DNA of 43,964 nt, counting the filler, from Catajapyx aquilonaris (Eukaryota), in assembly GCA_000934665.2 (NCBI GenBank). It is 2 parts of 2 records of this genome, joined end to end, with 100 filler letters (N's around TTAATTAATTAA, not from the genome) between each part and the next. Parts side by side here need not be neighbours in the genome. Positions count along the whole stretch, not along the records: positions 1 to 21,785 come from KZ539448.1; positions 21,886 to 43,964 come from JYFJ02005975.1. One strand, 5' to 3'. This document shows positions 13,316 through 25,047 of this stretch, one piece after another. Every line of letters starts with the position of its first letter. Position 1 is the first letter of the stretch. The position numbers were made by a program, and so were the translations under genes. Below the pieces are notes generated by a model. It saw only the letters and a list, made by a program, of their open reading frames with translations. It did not search any database and was not told where the DNA came from.

Positions 13316-14190
13316 AAGTCAACACAATAACCCCAAGTGCCCGGCCTCTACCTTCTCGGCCACTCCATCCCTGCTTTTAGCCAGAAAATGCTTCTCTTCT
13401 GCCCCTGGATCAAGCTTTTCCTTCAATCTGATTGTGATTACTTCAGCAGTCAACAACTCGGGTCCATTTGCAGAGCAGCTTGCTTTGGGGAGGGAGGTAA
13501 AAAAAGGACCAGAAACTACACAGCACTTGTCTTTGAACTTTTTTTTTGTTTTAAAAAAAGGACTGCTGCAATGTTCATGGAAAATGTTTTGAAATGAGAT
13601 TACTCCCTATTTCTATCGCTTTAAGGCCTATATGTAGAAACTCAACGAAACGGGAATGTTCTTTGCTATTCTTATTGTACATTTCTTGCTATCCAAACGA
13701 ATAAATTTCTTCGGCTGCTGTATTCATGCAGTTTCCTAACAAGTATCCGACTTTAACGAGAAGGCATTGTGATCCGGTTACAACGGAATATACGCATCCT
13801 TTACAACCGGAGTTTTCTGAGCTTCTTATTCAATCAATTTTTACTAACCTTAGAACAAAAAGGGGGAATCGTCTTGTGTATACGAGACACAAGAGAGGCT
13901 ACAGTAATATGAATCCCCATAGAGGGGGCCTCATCCTAGCAAAGTATTTTGGAAGCATCTCTTTTGAATCGGGACTATTGAATCAGGTGATGGATGAAGG
14001 AGGGCTTCTCTTCTTGCCCATCTTGCGCATCCCTCCCTTCGCAGATAAGAAATTCGAATCTCCTAAGCTACAGGCAGCAGAGGAAACGCAAAGCAAAATT
14101 TATCCCCTTTTTATCGTTCTCACTGACGCTTCCACTTACACTGCTGCATATGAGTAATATGATGCTCCCAGTGATTGATTCGGAGCCGAG
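13316..14190 (+). pseudogene. Decayed CTL exon(s)
   Basis: Exon 13316-13496 is bounded by TTTCAG and GAG|GTAAAA and reads KCPAST...RKCFS, frameshift, QSDCDYFSSQQLGSI. Weaker downstream fragments: SSCVY, IVLTDASTYTAAYE*, LPVIDSE. Confidence 0.45.
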
Positions 14191-14829
14191 TATCGACCCC
14201 GGATTTTTTATTCGATATATTAAAAAATTGCGAAGAAATGCTAAAAATAATGATTAAGGTGTGTGACAATATTATGCCACATTATTAAGTCAGCCAAATA
14301 TGAACTGAAAATAATATCTAGGATCAAATTGGTGCATAATTTTGTGATAAACTGTCACCTGACTTATATCACTAACTGATCTGAACCTTGCCAATTTTCG
14401 ACCCCTCTTCACACTCTGTATGACAACAGGACATTCCACCGGTACGCTTATTCATCACTCCGCACAATAAAATTTTGATGTCCAATTAGCAGCGGTCTTT
14501 TGTGCAAAAGTTTCGCAGCTCGGGTTGAGAACAGCGAATGTTGCAGAATTCTGTCGGGGGAGGTTTTGCATGTGGAGCTAAAAGGGGAACCCAAAGTAGA
14601 CTAGTCCCGATTCTGGTTGCCAGATGGATCTGATGCGCAGACCGCATGCCGAAAACTAACTCTTTTCACACCCGGTTCCGGCCGCTCTCATACTCTGCGG
14701 CATTACGCAGTGATTGACCGTCCGCTGACCCATTTTTTAGGGGACAACTTTTAAGGGACATAATGGAAAAAGGAGAAAGAACCAATTGAGAAGAAAAAGT
14801 ACGATCCTGGAAATTCCTCTTTTTTATAT

Positions 14830-15630
14830 AAAAATCGCATTAGGAAAGGGCCGAAATTTATTCGCGGTGCCATTCCGGTAATCTCCTGTAGGAACAACCA
14901 TAAATCGGCGGAACCCAAAAGAGAGAAGCAAGCTACCAACCGTCCTCTCATGGGAGTTTTGAAAAGCGAGTGGCTCACGGAAGTGACCACACGGCGCTTT
15001 AATTTTGACAAATCGCTCCCGAGGCACCGAGGGGCTTTTCAATATTCCGAAACACCAGACAGAAAAGGCTTTTCCAATTCCCAGGCTGCCATCTGACAAG
15101 GCTGCAAACTGTGCTTAAAACCCGATTACCGCCATTAGTTGCAAACGGTGACGATCAATGACCTCGGGTTCATCAATGGTCTGGCTACAGGTGTGAAATA
15201 TGGCGGCTAGACCTCCGACTTTTTTTCGTTTATTTTAAAGCTGTGTATGTCCCACCTTTGTGGCCTACTTTCGCCAAAAACCGGGCCGAGATGTACCATT
15301 TTCCCCGGCTAAAAACAGCAGGCCTATTGATTCGGACGAGTCAACTGCCCTGCCCCCGATACTGCACTCAAATCTGGGTCTTCAAGATGTGGTTCATTCA
15401 GTAAAACCGGTGCAATTCTTGTACACTAGTGGTCAGTTTTGATCAAAGAGACTGCGCCGATTTGGTGGTTTGGAGGGACATTTCACCCCACCCCGAGGGT
15501 GCAACGTAGAGAGGACGTCAGAGTCGTAGTGGATTTCTGTTGGCACAACTGCGCGCGGCCATTTGGCACTGCAGGGAAAAGGGTAGGGCGCGGTAGGGGA
15601 TGCGGCGACTAGAGTGGGGGGCGAGGCCTG
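14830..15630 (-). pseudogene. Possible decayed CTL exons downstream of the 15677-15749 signal exon
   Basis: TTTTTTTCAG acceptor at 15631, then GLAPHSSRR. Later fragments VWCFGILK...KAPCGH and GRLVA...LWL. Confidence 0.3.
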
Positions 15631-15676
15631 CTGAAAAAAACCTGTTTTTTTCTGCGAGTTTTTTTTCGGTCCATAC

Positions 15677-15749
15677 CTGGCATGACTAGTAGCAGCAGGG
15701 CGACGAGCAGCGTCCAGCACAGGCTCCCAACCATCCCGACGCTGGGCAT
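15677..15749 (-). CDS. Intact signal-peptide first coding exon MPSVGMVGSLCWTLLVALLLLVMP(G), phase-1 donor
   Basis: ATG at 15749, 24 codons with a hydrophobic core, ending CCAG|GTATGG. Lies directly downstream of a GC-rich block. The product is unknown. Confidence 0.6.
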
Positions 15750-16570
15750 CCTCTCTTGTCCGCCTCCCGTGTCCCCAAAGAGCTGCTGCTCCCCTGGCGG
15801 CGGGCGGCCACACGGGACACCCCCACCGAGCAGCCCCAAAATTCGGCAGCTTTGGACCGGAACGTTAACTGGGCCAGGCTCGCCAAGCCAGCCCGATCAT
15901 TTCTGCCCCTCCTCCGCCCCAGGAGCAGCAACTTCCATCATCTGCTCCTCCGGCTCCTCCTCCGCCACCTCCTCCTCTTCCTCCTTCTGATGGTGCTTGC
16001 TTGGCCCAGTGCTGCTGATGCCTCATAGCCGCCGGCCCTTAATCCAGCACAGCCCCCGCGCCCCACACAACGTCACTGGAAGGCCCCCGGGCATGGCCTG
16101 GGTTCCGAACCGACACCACCACCGACACCAGAGAAAAAGGGGGCTCTTCTTTAGAGGGGGGAGATGATGGGTCTATCTCTCACACTGCTCGAGAGTTATG
16201 TCACTATTTTTTGGGTCCTGGGTGGCTGGCTGGCTGGCCCCGGCCCCCGGCAGCTGCCCTGCCCCTGCCCCTGCCCCTGCTGCCACTACCGAACAGCCCC
16301 AGTCCGGCCCGCCGAGCCCGGCCACGCAGACTGCCGCCGACGCCCAATCGCGGCCGGGCTTGCAACCAGCCTCGGAGATAGACTCATATCGACCGTCGCG
16401 ACGCAGGCGGACGACGCTCCTGCTCTACTGCCACCCACACCCACACCACCCCAACCCTGCCCACACAGTCTCGCCCACCCCGCCCCAAACCCTCTCTCTC
16501 CCAGCCCAGGAAATAGTCCAAGGGATGCTGCGAGATGTCCTCCGACCCAACCCCACCCTACACCCTACCG
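15750..16570 (-). promoter_or_regulatory. GC/CpG-rich block, candidate 5'UTR/promoter of the signal-exon gene
   Basis: Clearly higher GC and CpG than its flanks, with GGA/GGC-rich tracts, immediately 5' of the ATG. Confidence 0.4.
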
Positions 16571-16759
16571 CGACACTTTTTTTTAAGGGTTGGGGACAGT
16601 ACCGGTACGCGGATGCCACAGGACACATACCTCACGTGGAGACTATCGATCAACATGGTGGGTGGTGGAGTGGGTGGGATATAATGTAATCAAGCTAGCA
16701 CGCTAATTATGAATGCATCCCCCTTTTTTTGTGCGGTGTACTTTTCGAGCGGAAGGAAA

Positions 16760-17100
16760 AGATGGGTTCGAGGAAACAAAAGTTGGGGGACTGTCCTGCA
16801 GTGGACTAATTAGTACGTTTGGCTCAAGCTTCGGTACACTGCATTGAGGTAGGTCAATTTAGGCGTTTGGTTCGTACACTCATGAACAAAGTGGAAAGTA
16901 ATGCGGACGATATGAATCAAATTATGCGCTCAATACGCATTAGTGTACCGCAAGGTCACGGTTGGATGACTGAATATATTCAAGTTGTGCAAGCCTGCAG
17001 CCCGGGACACTCGCATGTACATAAATTATATTGCTGGTTATTAAATTATGCTCAGAGGAAGCGCGGCTTTTGGGGCAAGGGAGACGTGGAAGGTGTAATT
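16760..17100 (+). pseudogene. Decayed CTL domain
   Basis: GFEETKVGGLSCSGLISTF, frameshift, AQASVHCIEVGQFRRLV. Confidence 0.45.
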
Positions 17101-17519
17101 TGATGCTACCTGCGAATTATTTGTGGGGTGTTTTTTGAGACGGTTAAGTGTAATGCAGGTTAAGTCATACCCTAATTTTTTTGTATGATAACAAAAATAT
17201 GAATTGTTTTGGGCATGCCTAATAAAATGTTATTCAGTTATGTTAGGTTGAATAGGAAAATGTTCAATTCCAGGAGATTTAAACACTACTTTATGGCACA
17301 TTTCTGCGCGCTATTTGTAACAAGATTTCACCTGAATTTAACCAAAAAACTAGGCAGATGTATCCGACGTGCTCTTTACTCCAAAGTAAAAAATGGCATA
17401 AATCTTGATTTAAGTACATAAAAGCATAGTACTGCGTTGCGCATCCCATTAGAGAGGCACAGAGTACGCAACATTATCAGCACAAGATATCCTTTCACCT
17501 TTATTTTAATTTGGTCCAG

Positions 17520-18479
17520 TAATTTCGATTTCACAGGACATGCAATTGGAGTTTGATATTTGCACAATTTCTTATCGTCTGTTCGTCTGCTGTGTATGTT
17601 TGTCCACCACACACACACACATGAAGGGCACCATGTCAAAAGTAAGTCTACTTTGCCTTCTCGTATCATTAAAGCCATGGCTGAACATGCACTACTAAGT
17701 CGGTTTAAGTCCTTCCCAGCATCACAGGGCTTCCCTCGTATAAACCATTGCGTTCTATTCAGGTGAGGCTTCCCCTTTTTCTGCAAGAGCACCTGTTGTC
17801 GGGATGCTGGTCCTGAGGGAAGAGTGGGGGGCTCAAGGGGTCACAGATTTAATTGTCTTGCCTCACCGATGCAACAAAACCCCCGCGAGGAAGGTCAGAT
17901 GTTCCTCATGTTAATGTGGCGAATAAAGAGAGGGGGGAAAGGCTGGATGGGGTGAAACACACTGTGCACTTAGAGCTGGAATTTGTGTCAAAGTGCTTCT
18001 CAGCTTTTGTCAACAAGCCTCCAACCTTCCAATTACCTGGCCCGCTTTTACATAATCCCAGCGCCTTGCTCTGTAACAGCTTTTTAAAGCGTCATTATAA
18101 AATATTTATGACGCATCAGCAAGTAGTTGCACTCTTGGAGAAAAGTCGCTTGAGCCTCGGTTACCATTCTCCTGAAACTTTCACACACACTTGGGGGGTT
18201 AGGTGTAACCAATGCTTAATGAGGGACGATAATGACTTTAACTCGTTGCTGCTGGGGGAGAAACCCCGTATCGGGTACCCCTCCTGACTTTGACCCCACA
18301 GGGCGCGTTTCCGACCCTTGTTTTTTGGAGCTGTCAGCGTGAATCGCGTCGAGGCTGCCACGGGATCGGAAACTGCAGGTGACGCTTGATGACAACCCCT
18401 AGCTCCGGATGCGATAACGTAGTCACTAGCAAAATACATAGCAAGCGTGACTAATGGATCGGTGCAAAAAAAGGTCCAT
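17520..18479 (-). pseudogene. Decayed secreted multi-CTL gene with signal exon
   Basis: ATG at 18479: MDLFLHRSIS/RLLCILLVTTL. 66-nt intron (18396-18331). Then (A)PKNKGRKRALWGQ, VCVKV, TEAQATFLQECNYL, ICDP..FPQDQHPDNRC, SLT*IERNGLYE, LCKYQTPIACP. Confidence 0.55.
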
Positions 18480-18869
18480 GCTCAAAAGTTGAAGACAAAA
18501 GAGTGCTGAGATAGAAGAAGAAAAAGAATGGGGGCGACACAGAAGAAAAGAAACGTTTTAGTTCCCGCACAAGAGGACCCAAGAGTGACTTGTAGGAGGC
18601 CAAATGGGCCGCTTTTGTGACCTCCTGGAAACTCCACCTCAGAGAGAAACAAGTTTTTGGCAAATGTGAGCTCGAATTTTTTTCTGTTTTATTTCTTGTC
18701 GATTTGAAAGCGATGCGATCACGTGTGACTTAAAAAACGGAGTCTCGCTCTTCCTTTTGGAGATGAAGTAATTTAATCCCGCTTGTGGGCATAAAAGTTG
18801 GGGGAGCTTAAAACACAATTTCGCTTTGAAAGCGTCATCTCCTACCCCTTTTTTCCCGTAAGCCAGGAT

Positions 18870-20040
18870 GTGAAACACGCCTGGAGGTATTTATCACGTA
18901 ATAAACATGTCCCTAAGCAGCATCGTGACTCATGACGTCTTCACCAACACAAGGACTTACAAACTTCAGGCATTTTTCTGTCCCAAAAAAAAGATAATTC
19001 CACACACTTCCTCTACAAAAATATGAGCAATAATATAACTCAATATGAGCTTCAAATCGAACTGACTCCTCATTAACGCGATACACTCCAGTGATATTTG
19101 ACACACATTTTGTAGTGGTTCGGGCACACTCGGCACAAATTGAGTAGACGGAATAGCACTCTGTGAATGAGTGAAAATCGTTCAAACCCCGAGTTCTCAT
19201 GCCTGATTTAGACGTGCTGGAATTTTCAGTGGGAGCTGAAAGGAAAAGTTGTCAAACGGCCTCATAAGGATCACTTCGACAGCTCTTTTTCGGATCGGAA
19301 TTTTCACACAGAGAGCCCCAGACGGTTTTGCTAAAGTTGTTGGTAGGATTTAGCTGGATTTGTCGTTTGTAGCTTTTCCTGCAGTCTTTCGAGGTTTTTC
19401 CCTTTGTAAAGTCCAAAAATTGTTTATTAAACTGGCAATGTATACAAAACCCATGGCCATTAAGTGATTGCCATGCAATTTTCTTTCTTCATCAGATGGC
19501 TGTGTATTGTGATCCAGCAAGTCCACTCCTCATCACTAGGAACTTGCGAAGGAGACATTTGACCTCCGAGTTCCCTAGACACATTACAAGTTTTGCTTGT
19601 TAGCAATTATGCCGGAAGGAAAGCGGGCAAGTAATTCCATCCACCGCCTTCCTCCAGGTTGACCGCAGGAAGAGGGGGAAGGGAGGGGAGGATGGGGAGA
19701 CTTAATCAGTCCCTTTGAAGTCGTCTCCTCTAGAATCCTATGTGCCGGACTAGTGGACTTTGAGGTCCGGAACCCTCCCCCCCCTCCCCCGTTCCTCTGG
19801 AGAGTAAAAGGAAAAAGACTTTTGCTGGCAAGGGGGTTGCCACAACTCCCAAGTTAGCAGGGTACACTTTCCTATCTCATCTTGTGTACTTCGATGGGCA
19901 ATCCCGGATTAAACCCGAAACAGAACTTTGTGCCAGGATGGAGCTCACCATGGCAAACGTCGGTTTGGGTCGTAGCATCAGCAGCAGCAGCAAAACAAAA
20001 TCTCATAAAGCAGGCCACTTGATGACGAGGATGGAGACTT
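18870..20040 (-). pseudogene. Decayed secreted multi-CTL gene
   Basis: Degenerate signal exon VLLLLLML/TDVCH G|GTGAGC (donor at 19948). Then RRRLQRD; NVSRELGGQM...VPSDEE; WNYLFFGTEKCLKFVS...MSHDAA*. Confidence 0.5.
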
Positions 20041-20249
20041 GCGGAGTCGTTTCTTCTTACAAAACCCTCCGGCTGTAAAAACTCCTTTTTGCCGACCTAA
20101 GCTTACCATAAACGTTTTATACACGAGGACAAGCCCGGAGCGATATACGTACAGTATGTGTGTGTGTGTGCATGGACTGTGCTGGGGGGGACTGTTTTTC
20201 CCCAACAGCTGCGTGCAGAAAAGTCAGTGTGGGTTGGCAGTTTGACAAG

Positions 20250-20650
20250 CCTAAATAGCAAACCTGAATAGTACTCAGCAGGCAGGCGCGATAGTTTTCC
20301 CAGTGTTATTACGCATTTAACAGGCACACCTGGTTCTGCTAGGTTGACCTTGGCAATTCAAAACATGCGAGTGGTCGACAAACTTTTTTTTCAGAATAAT
20401 GACGAAGAGGTTTTCCGTCATCGCCACTAGTGCGCAAAACCAGACACGCGGGGGACCACATAAAATATTTGCAGCCACGACGTTCAAGTGTACCTGCACA
20501 TGCCACTCTATCGAGTGCAAATGAAGTGTTACATAAAGTCGTAAACGACTGAATTAGGCAGAATTTCAGATACAAAGGGATGGATCTGAAAAGAGTGAAA
20601 ACATCCGACAATGGGAAGGGTAAATATTCTGAAAGTGGACAGTGAGTATG
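20250..20650 (-). pseudogene. Decayed CTL domain
   Basis: THCPLS; KFCL; AANILC...ALVAMTENLFV; NCQGQPSRTRCA. Confidence 0.4.
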
Positions 20651-20880
20651 ATTTATCTCACTCTCATCAGTAATTATCAAAATTTAAATTTATGACGAAT
20701 GGATCGCTTATAGTATACAGTATCTTACCCTATAGCTGAACTCCTCTCTCTGTCAAAGGTACACAAAATTGGTTTTGTTTGCTCTCGACCAATTCAAATA
20801 TGGTCTAAACTCTCTCTTATCTCTCAACTTTTAACGAAGCATTTAAGTGAGCAACTTTTCTGAATATTTTCCCACTTAGT

Positions 20881-21297
20881 GTGGCGTCACAGGCCCGGGT
20901 TTGCGCTCCAGCTAAAAATCGAGTGAGAAGGGCGAGGTGAGGTCAACAGCTTTTGGCCCTCCAGCGGTCGACCTTTGCACACGAGTTCTCTCTCCCTAGT
21001 AATGTCTGTCCCTTCCGTCCGCTGGAGGCGCACCTAAACCAGGTCACGTGAGAGGAATCATGGCCGTTGTCCTCTCGATTGCCCCATAATTAGTTGGTTC
21101 CAACTCGGCCAGAGGGCAGAACTGAATTCGGGGGCAGTCTTATGGGAATTATCTCCCGCATTCCCTCCATTTTCCCAAACTCTCTCTGTGCTCTCAGAGG
21201 CCTTTTGTTCCTTGCTGAACGCACTCTGGCAGCTGAGACCGTGAGAGAATATTCAGCCAGGCCATGGATGGGCATCATTCAATTCCGGATCAGTTAG
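20881..21297 (+). pseudogene. Decayed CTL gene, best-preserved copy
   Basis: APAKNRVRRAR*GQ, then the ORF TRPEGRTEFGGSLM...NSLCALRGLLFLAE...PWMGI, compared with the generic CTL pattern CPEGWTEFGGSCY...C...LA...WIG. Confidence 0.7.
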
Positions 21298-21785
21298 TGG
21301 CTGGTTGTAGCCAATTCACTGGTGAATTTAGCTGATGGAAATTGAGTGGGAGCAAGTGACTGGTGAAATGATGTGAAAATGGTGAAAAAATTAAACAAAT
21401 GGGAAGTGCGTAGAATGATAAGACACAAGTTGGGAAAGTTCACTCTGAATGATTATATTATGAGTGATTTTTCACTCAATCTTATTCTCATTGAAATTGG
21501 ACTTCACCTTTTTAAATCATTTTAACTCGATATACGGTATACCCTACATGACGTGCAGTTCACTCAAACATGTGAATACTATTCATAAGTGATTGCCATT
21601 CATTTTCTACCAAAAGTTATTCAAGTTGAGTTTCAAAATTTCGCAGTCACTTGGGAGTTACTGTAAATTGTGCAAGTTGATAAGGAAAGTAAACTTAGCG
21701 AAAGCCATGTGCAGCATGATAAAGTTAGGATAGGAAGTTAGTGCTAAATTAATTGGCCAAGAATTGAAATATAGATCACTCAGAA

Positions 21786-21885
21786 NNNNNNNNNNNNNNN
21801 NNNNNNNNNNNNNNNNNNNNNNNNNNNNNTTAATTAATTAANNNNNNNNNNNNNNNNNNNNNNNNNNNNNNNNNNNNNNNNNNNN
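21786..21885. other. Artificial 100-bp contig linker N44-TTAATTAATTAA-N44
   Basis: Symmetric N runs around the all-frame-stop 12-mer, 100 bp in total. Confidence 0.95.
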
Positions 21886-22247
21886 CTCTCTCTCTCTCTC
21901 TCTCCGCCACCAGTCACGCCTTCTCGCCTCGGGCTTTGTCGCCGACGCACTTCTCTGGCCGAGGGTATAGGGGCAGACCCTCTCACCATTTTTACAATAT
22001 ATTTTTTTTCCCCTGCGTGTTCCCCTTGCCATGAAGCGACATTCAAGGAAGGCACGAGAAGCACAGCCATCCCCCTCCAAGCCTTGTTTTCATCCGGATT
22101 CCTTGCCACTCCAAAATGCAGGGAGGGGGGCTGTTCAACAACAAGGGGGACAACACTGCAAGTCCTGGAGAGATTCTAGTGCCAAGCATCTATACACACT
22201 ATCTATTTTCATTATTTTACTTTGGATTAAACCTATTCTTACAACTA

Positions 22248-22405
22248 TCTCCTTATATGCTTATTCTCTCCGTCGGATATTTGTCCGGCCTCATAGTATC
22301 GCAATCTCCCGCCCACTTGAGGAAAGCAGGAGTGTCCTCTAGTAGTTGAATTAAGTATTACGTCCTAGCGAGCCGGGCAGTGTTGCCAGGTTTTGCCATT
22401 ACTAA
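22248..22405 (+). mobile_element. Short non-autonomous Helitron-like element, copy 1
   Basis: A|TCTCCTTATATGCTTATTCTCTCCGTCGGAT start, hairpin GCCGGGCA-gtgt-TGCCAGGT, CTAA|T end. Homologous to the copies at 27676, 31321 and 34723. Confidence 0.65.
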
Positions 22406-22499
22406 TTAGCCTTCATTTCTTGCCTACTGGCCGACGTGACGGATCGTGTCGTGACCTGGCGTGACAGAGGGGCGTAATTACACGGGCCATTACTCCTAA

Positions 22500-23195
22500 C
22501 CGCCCTCGCCCCGGCAACAATGGCTCCGTGGTGACGCAACTCTGCAATTTTGGCATCCCCGCCGGTTCGGAAGCGATACATCAGTCCGTCGCATCACTTT
22601 TGGAGGAATTTTCGCCGCAAAAACGCTCGCTTTGCTGTAAATATAGCTGGGGGTTGTTTTTTTTTCCCCTCCTTCCCTCGCACTGCACCGTCGAAAGATT
22701 GTTGAAAAATGGAAGGCCATCCATAGCTGACACAAGGACGTCACACGTCACATCTCCCCTGCACAATGTTACATACAAAAAAAATTACACATCCCCACCT
22801 CCTCTTTTTTGAAACAGTAAAAAAAAATGCGAGGCAAGATGGCTGATGAATAGGGTCCCATTAGTATACATTATTCTGTAAAGATGCCAGTGCGTCAAGT
22901 GAGGACGGCGGGGGGAAAAACAAACGGCGACGCTAATGTTCCGGGCGGCAACAATCCATCGGGGGGAGTCGGGGTCTGGAGGGGGAGAGAGTGAGCCGTT
23001 ACCAACAGAGAGAGAGACCGGATCGAAGTGGAATTCCGGCACGATGCCCGCATCTTCTCTCAAGATAGTCCTCCACCTCACGCAATAATGGCCGGGGCCA
23101 AGGAGCAAGGAGATTGGCCCCGGTTCTACCAGTGTTGTATAGGCCCGTGACGCGCCTCTAATCGGAATCGCTCCTGACGGAAATCCGTAATCCAA
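22500..23195 (-). pseudogene. Decayed CTL domain
   Basis: GFPSGAIPIRGASRAYTTL...HYCVR...PRWIVA, then DGLPFFNN. The N-terminus resembles the 2747 relic. Confidence 0.5.
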
Positions 23196-23471
23196 TCTGC
23201 AACGGCACCGGGGACATGTTCAGAACCCCCCGTATTACCAGATCAGCCGGTTAAAATGGCCGGTTAGATCTTAACGGCCGGTTAGAAAGCTCACTTACTA
23301 CGCGACCAAGTGGTAAGAGGCGTATGGGGAAGTTCAGAGAGCGCGTCCGAAAGCATCATTCCGTGGCAAAGCCACAATAACGTTCGTTTGGCGCCACAAG
23401 ACGTGCAGTAATTTTTGCGGTCGCGTAAAGACCAGCCCTTTTTGACCACACGGCACCAGTTAGAAAGTCTC

Positions 23472-23978
23472 GAAATCGCTCGCTAGCTTATGAATAGGAC
23501 AAAATGGCTCGCTTGCTTATGAATATGGCAAAATCGCTCGCTTGATTATGAACAGGACAAAATCGCTCGCTAGCTTATGAATAGGGCAAAATCGCTCGCT
23601 TGATTATGAACAAGACAAAATCGCTCGCTTGCTTATGAACAGGACAAAATCGCTCGCTAGCTTATGAACAGGACAAAATCGCTCGCTAGCTTATGAACAG
23701 GACAAAATCGCTCGCTTGCTTATGAACAGGACAAAATCGCTCGCTTGATTATGAACAGGACAAAACCTCTCGCTTGCTTATGAACTGGACGAAATCGCTC
23801 GCTTGATCATGAACAGGACAAAATCGCTCTCTTGCTTATGAATAGGGCAAAATCGCTCGCTTGCTTATGAACATGACAAAATCGCTCGATAGCTTATGAA
23901 TAGGACAAAATCGCTCGCTTGCTTATGAACGGGACAAAATTGCTCGCTGGCTTATGAACAGGACGAAATCGCTCGCTT
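23472..23978 (+). repeat. 29-bp minisatellite, about 17 copies (GGACAAAATCGCTCGCTTGCTTATGAACA)
   Basis: Head-to-tail units with no spacers and scattered substitutions. Confidence 0.97.
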
Positions 23979-24219
23979 TCGGCCTCCCAGTGCCAGAGTT
24001 GAGGTCAGCGGGCATCAGCTACTGTGTCGGCCTCTTATGACAACTCAGCGTGACCTGAAGCAGCAGGGGGGGTGTCCCAGGAATAGTGACACGCATGACG
24101 AAGGGGGTAAGGGCGTGACGCTATAAATGAGTCCGTTTAGGGGGGCCAGGTCCTCCTCGGTACGTACCGGGATGAGCATTATAGATTAGCGGTTCCATTA
24201 AGAGCAGCTCCGGCCCATT

Positions 24220-24221
<2 letters not shown>

Positions 24222-24282
<61 letters not shown>
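24222..24282 (+). repeat. (CT)n microsatellite
   Basis: Directly visible. Confidence 0.98.
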
Positions 24283-24285
<3 letters not shown>

Positions 24286-24829
24286 CTCTCCGGATGTTCT
24301 CTCTCTTTTTTCCCCTCTCTCCTCTCTCTTTCTGTTTCGTAGCGTAACGCAGCACAACCAACCGCAGCCAACAGCTTCAGCTTGTGACCACCTGGGCCCA
24401 TCGGTGCGGTTGCACGCTTGGGGAACGGTGGGAAGCCATATCCTCCCCCCACCATCCCTTCCACCCACGCAGTCTATAACACACCCCCACCCACTGGTGA
24501 TATTGTCAAATGGACTGGGCCTCTTTTTTCTCTCTCTCTCTCTCTCCCCCAACCTTTTTCTGATATTGGGGAGGAACAGGAAGCGTCCAGATACCGCAAA
24601 GGATTTTTTTTTTGGGAAGCTTCGAAAAAAAGAGGGGTGGGGCTTTTTTTTTTGATGGTGGTTTTTGTGTATGCTCGTGTAGCAGCAAATTCCTAGGTGG
24701 AGTGGAGGGGTAGGTCAAAAACTGGAGCGATATTATACATTCCGATATGGTTCTGCACCCAATCTTTCCAACCTTGGCGGAACTCTTTTTTTTTTTAATG
24801 TGCGGGGATGTGCCTGAGGGGGGGCCAAG

Positions 24830-25047
24830 AAGAGCCTCCCCAACCCCACCCACCTTTTAATACGTAATGCGATAAAAGGTAAGCGTGCCGAAATGTACCT
24901 GACGTAGGGTGCTCCAACACTACTTAGCGCAATTTGGCCACTAATTGGTTCCGGTGTCCGTTTCAAGCAGATATGATATAGGTCGTCCTGGAAAGGACTG
25001 CATGGGTTTTCTGGGGTTTTGAAGTAGGCATCCCGCCCCACATCCAC
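24830..25047 (-). pseudogene. Possible decayed CTL domain
   Basis: YHICLKR...GQIA...KRWVGLG in one ORF. Confidence 0.35.

Noticed and set aside
13325..13490. LINE reverse-transcriptase-like peptide on the minus strand (ANGPELLTAEVI)
   Set aside because: No other RT motifs, and the plus strand is better explained as a spliced CTL exon.
16845..16885. let-7-family miRNA (TGAGGTAGG)
   Set aside because: Seed match only, with no complementary star arm.
23472..23978. CRISPR array (29-bp repeats)
   Set aside because: Head-to-tail units without spacers.
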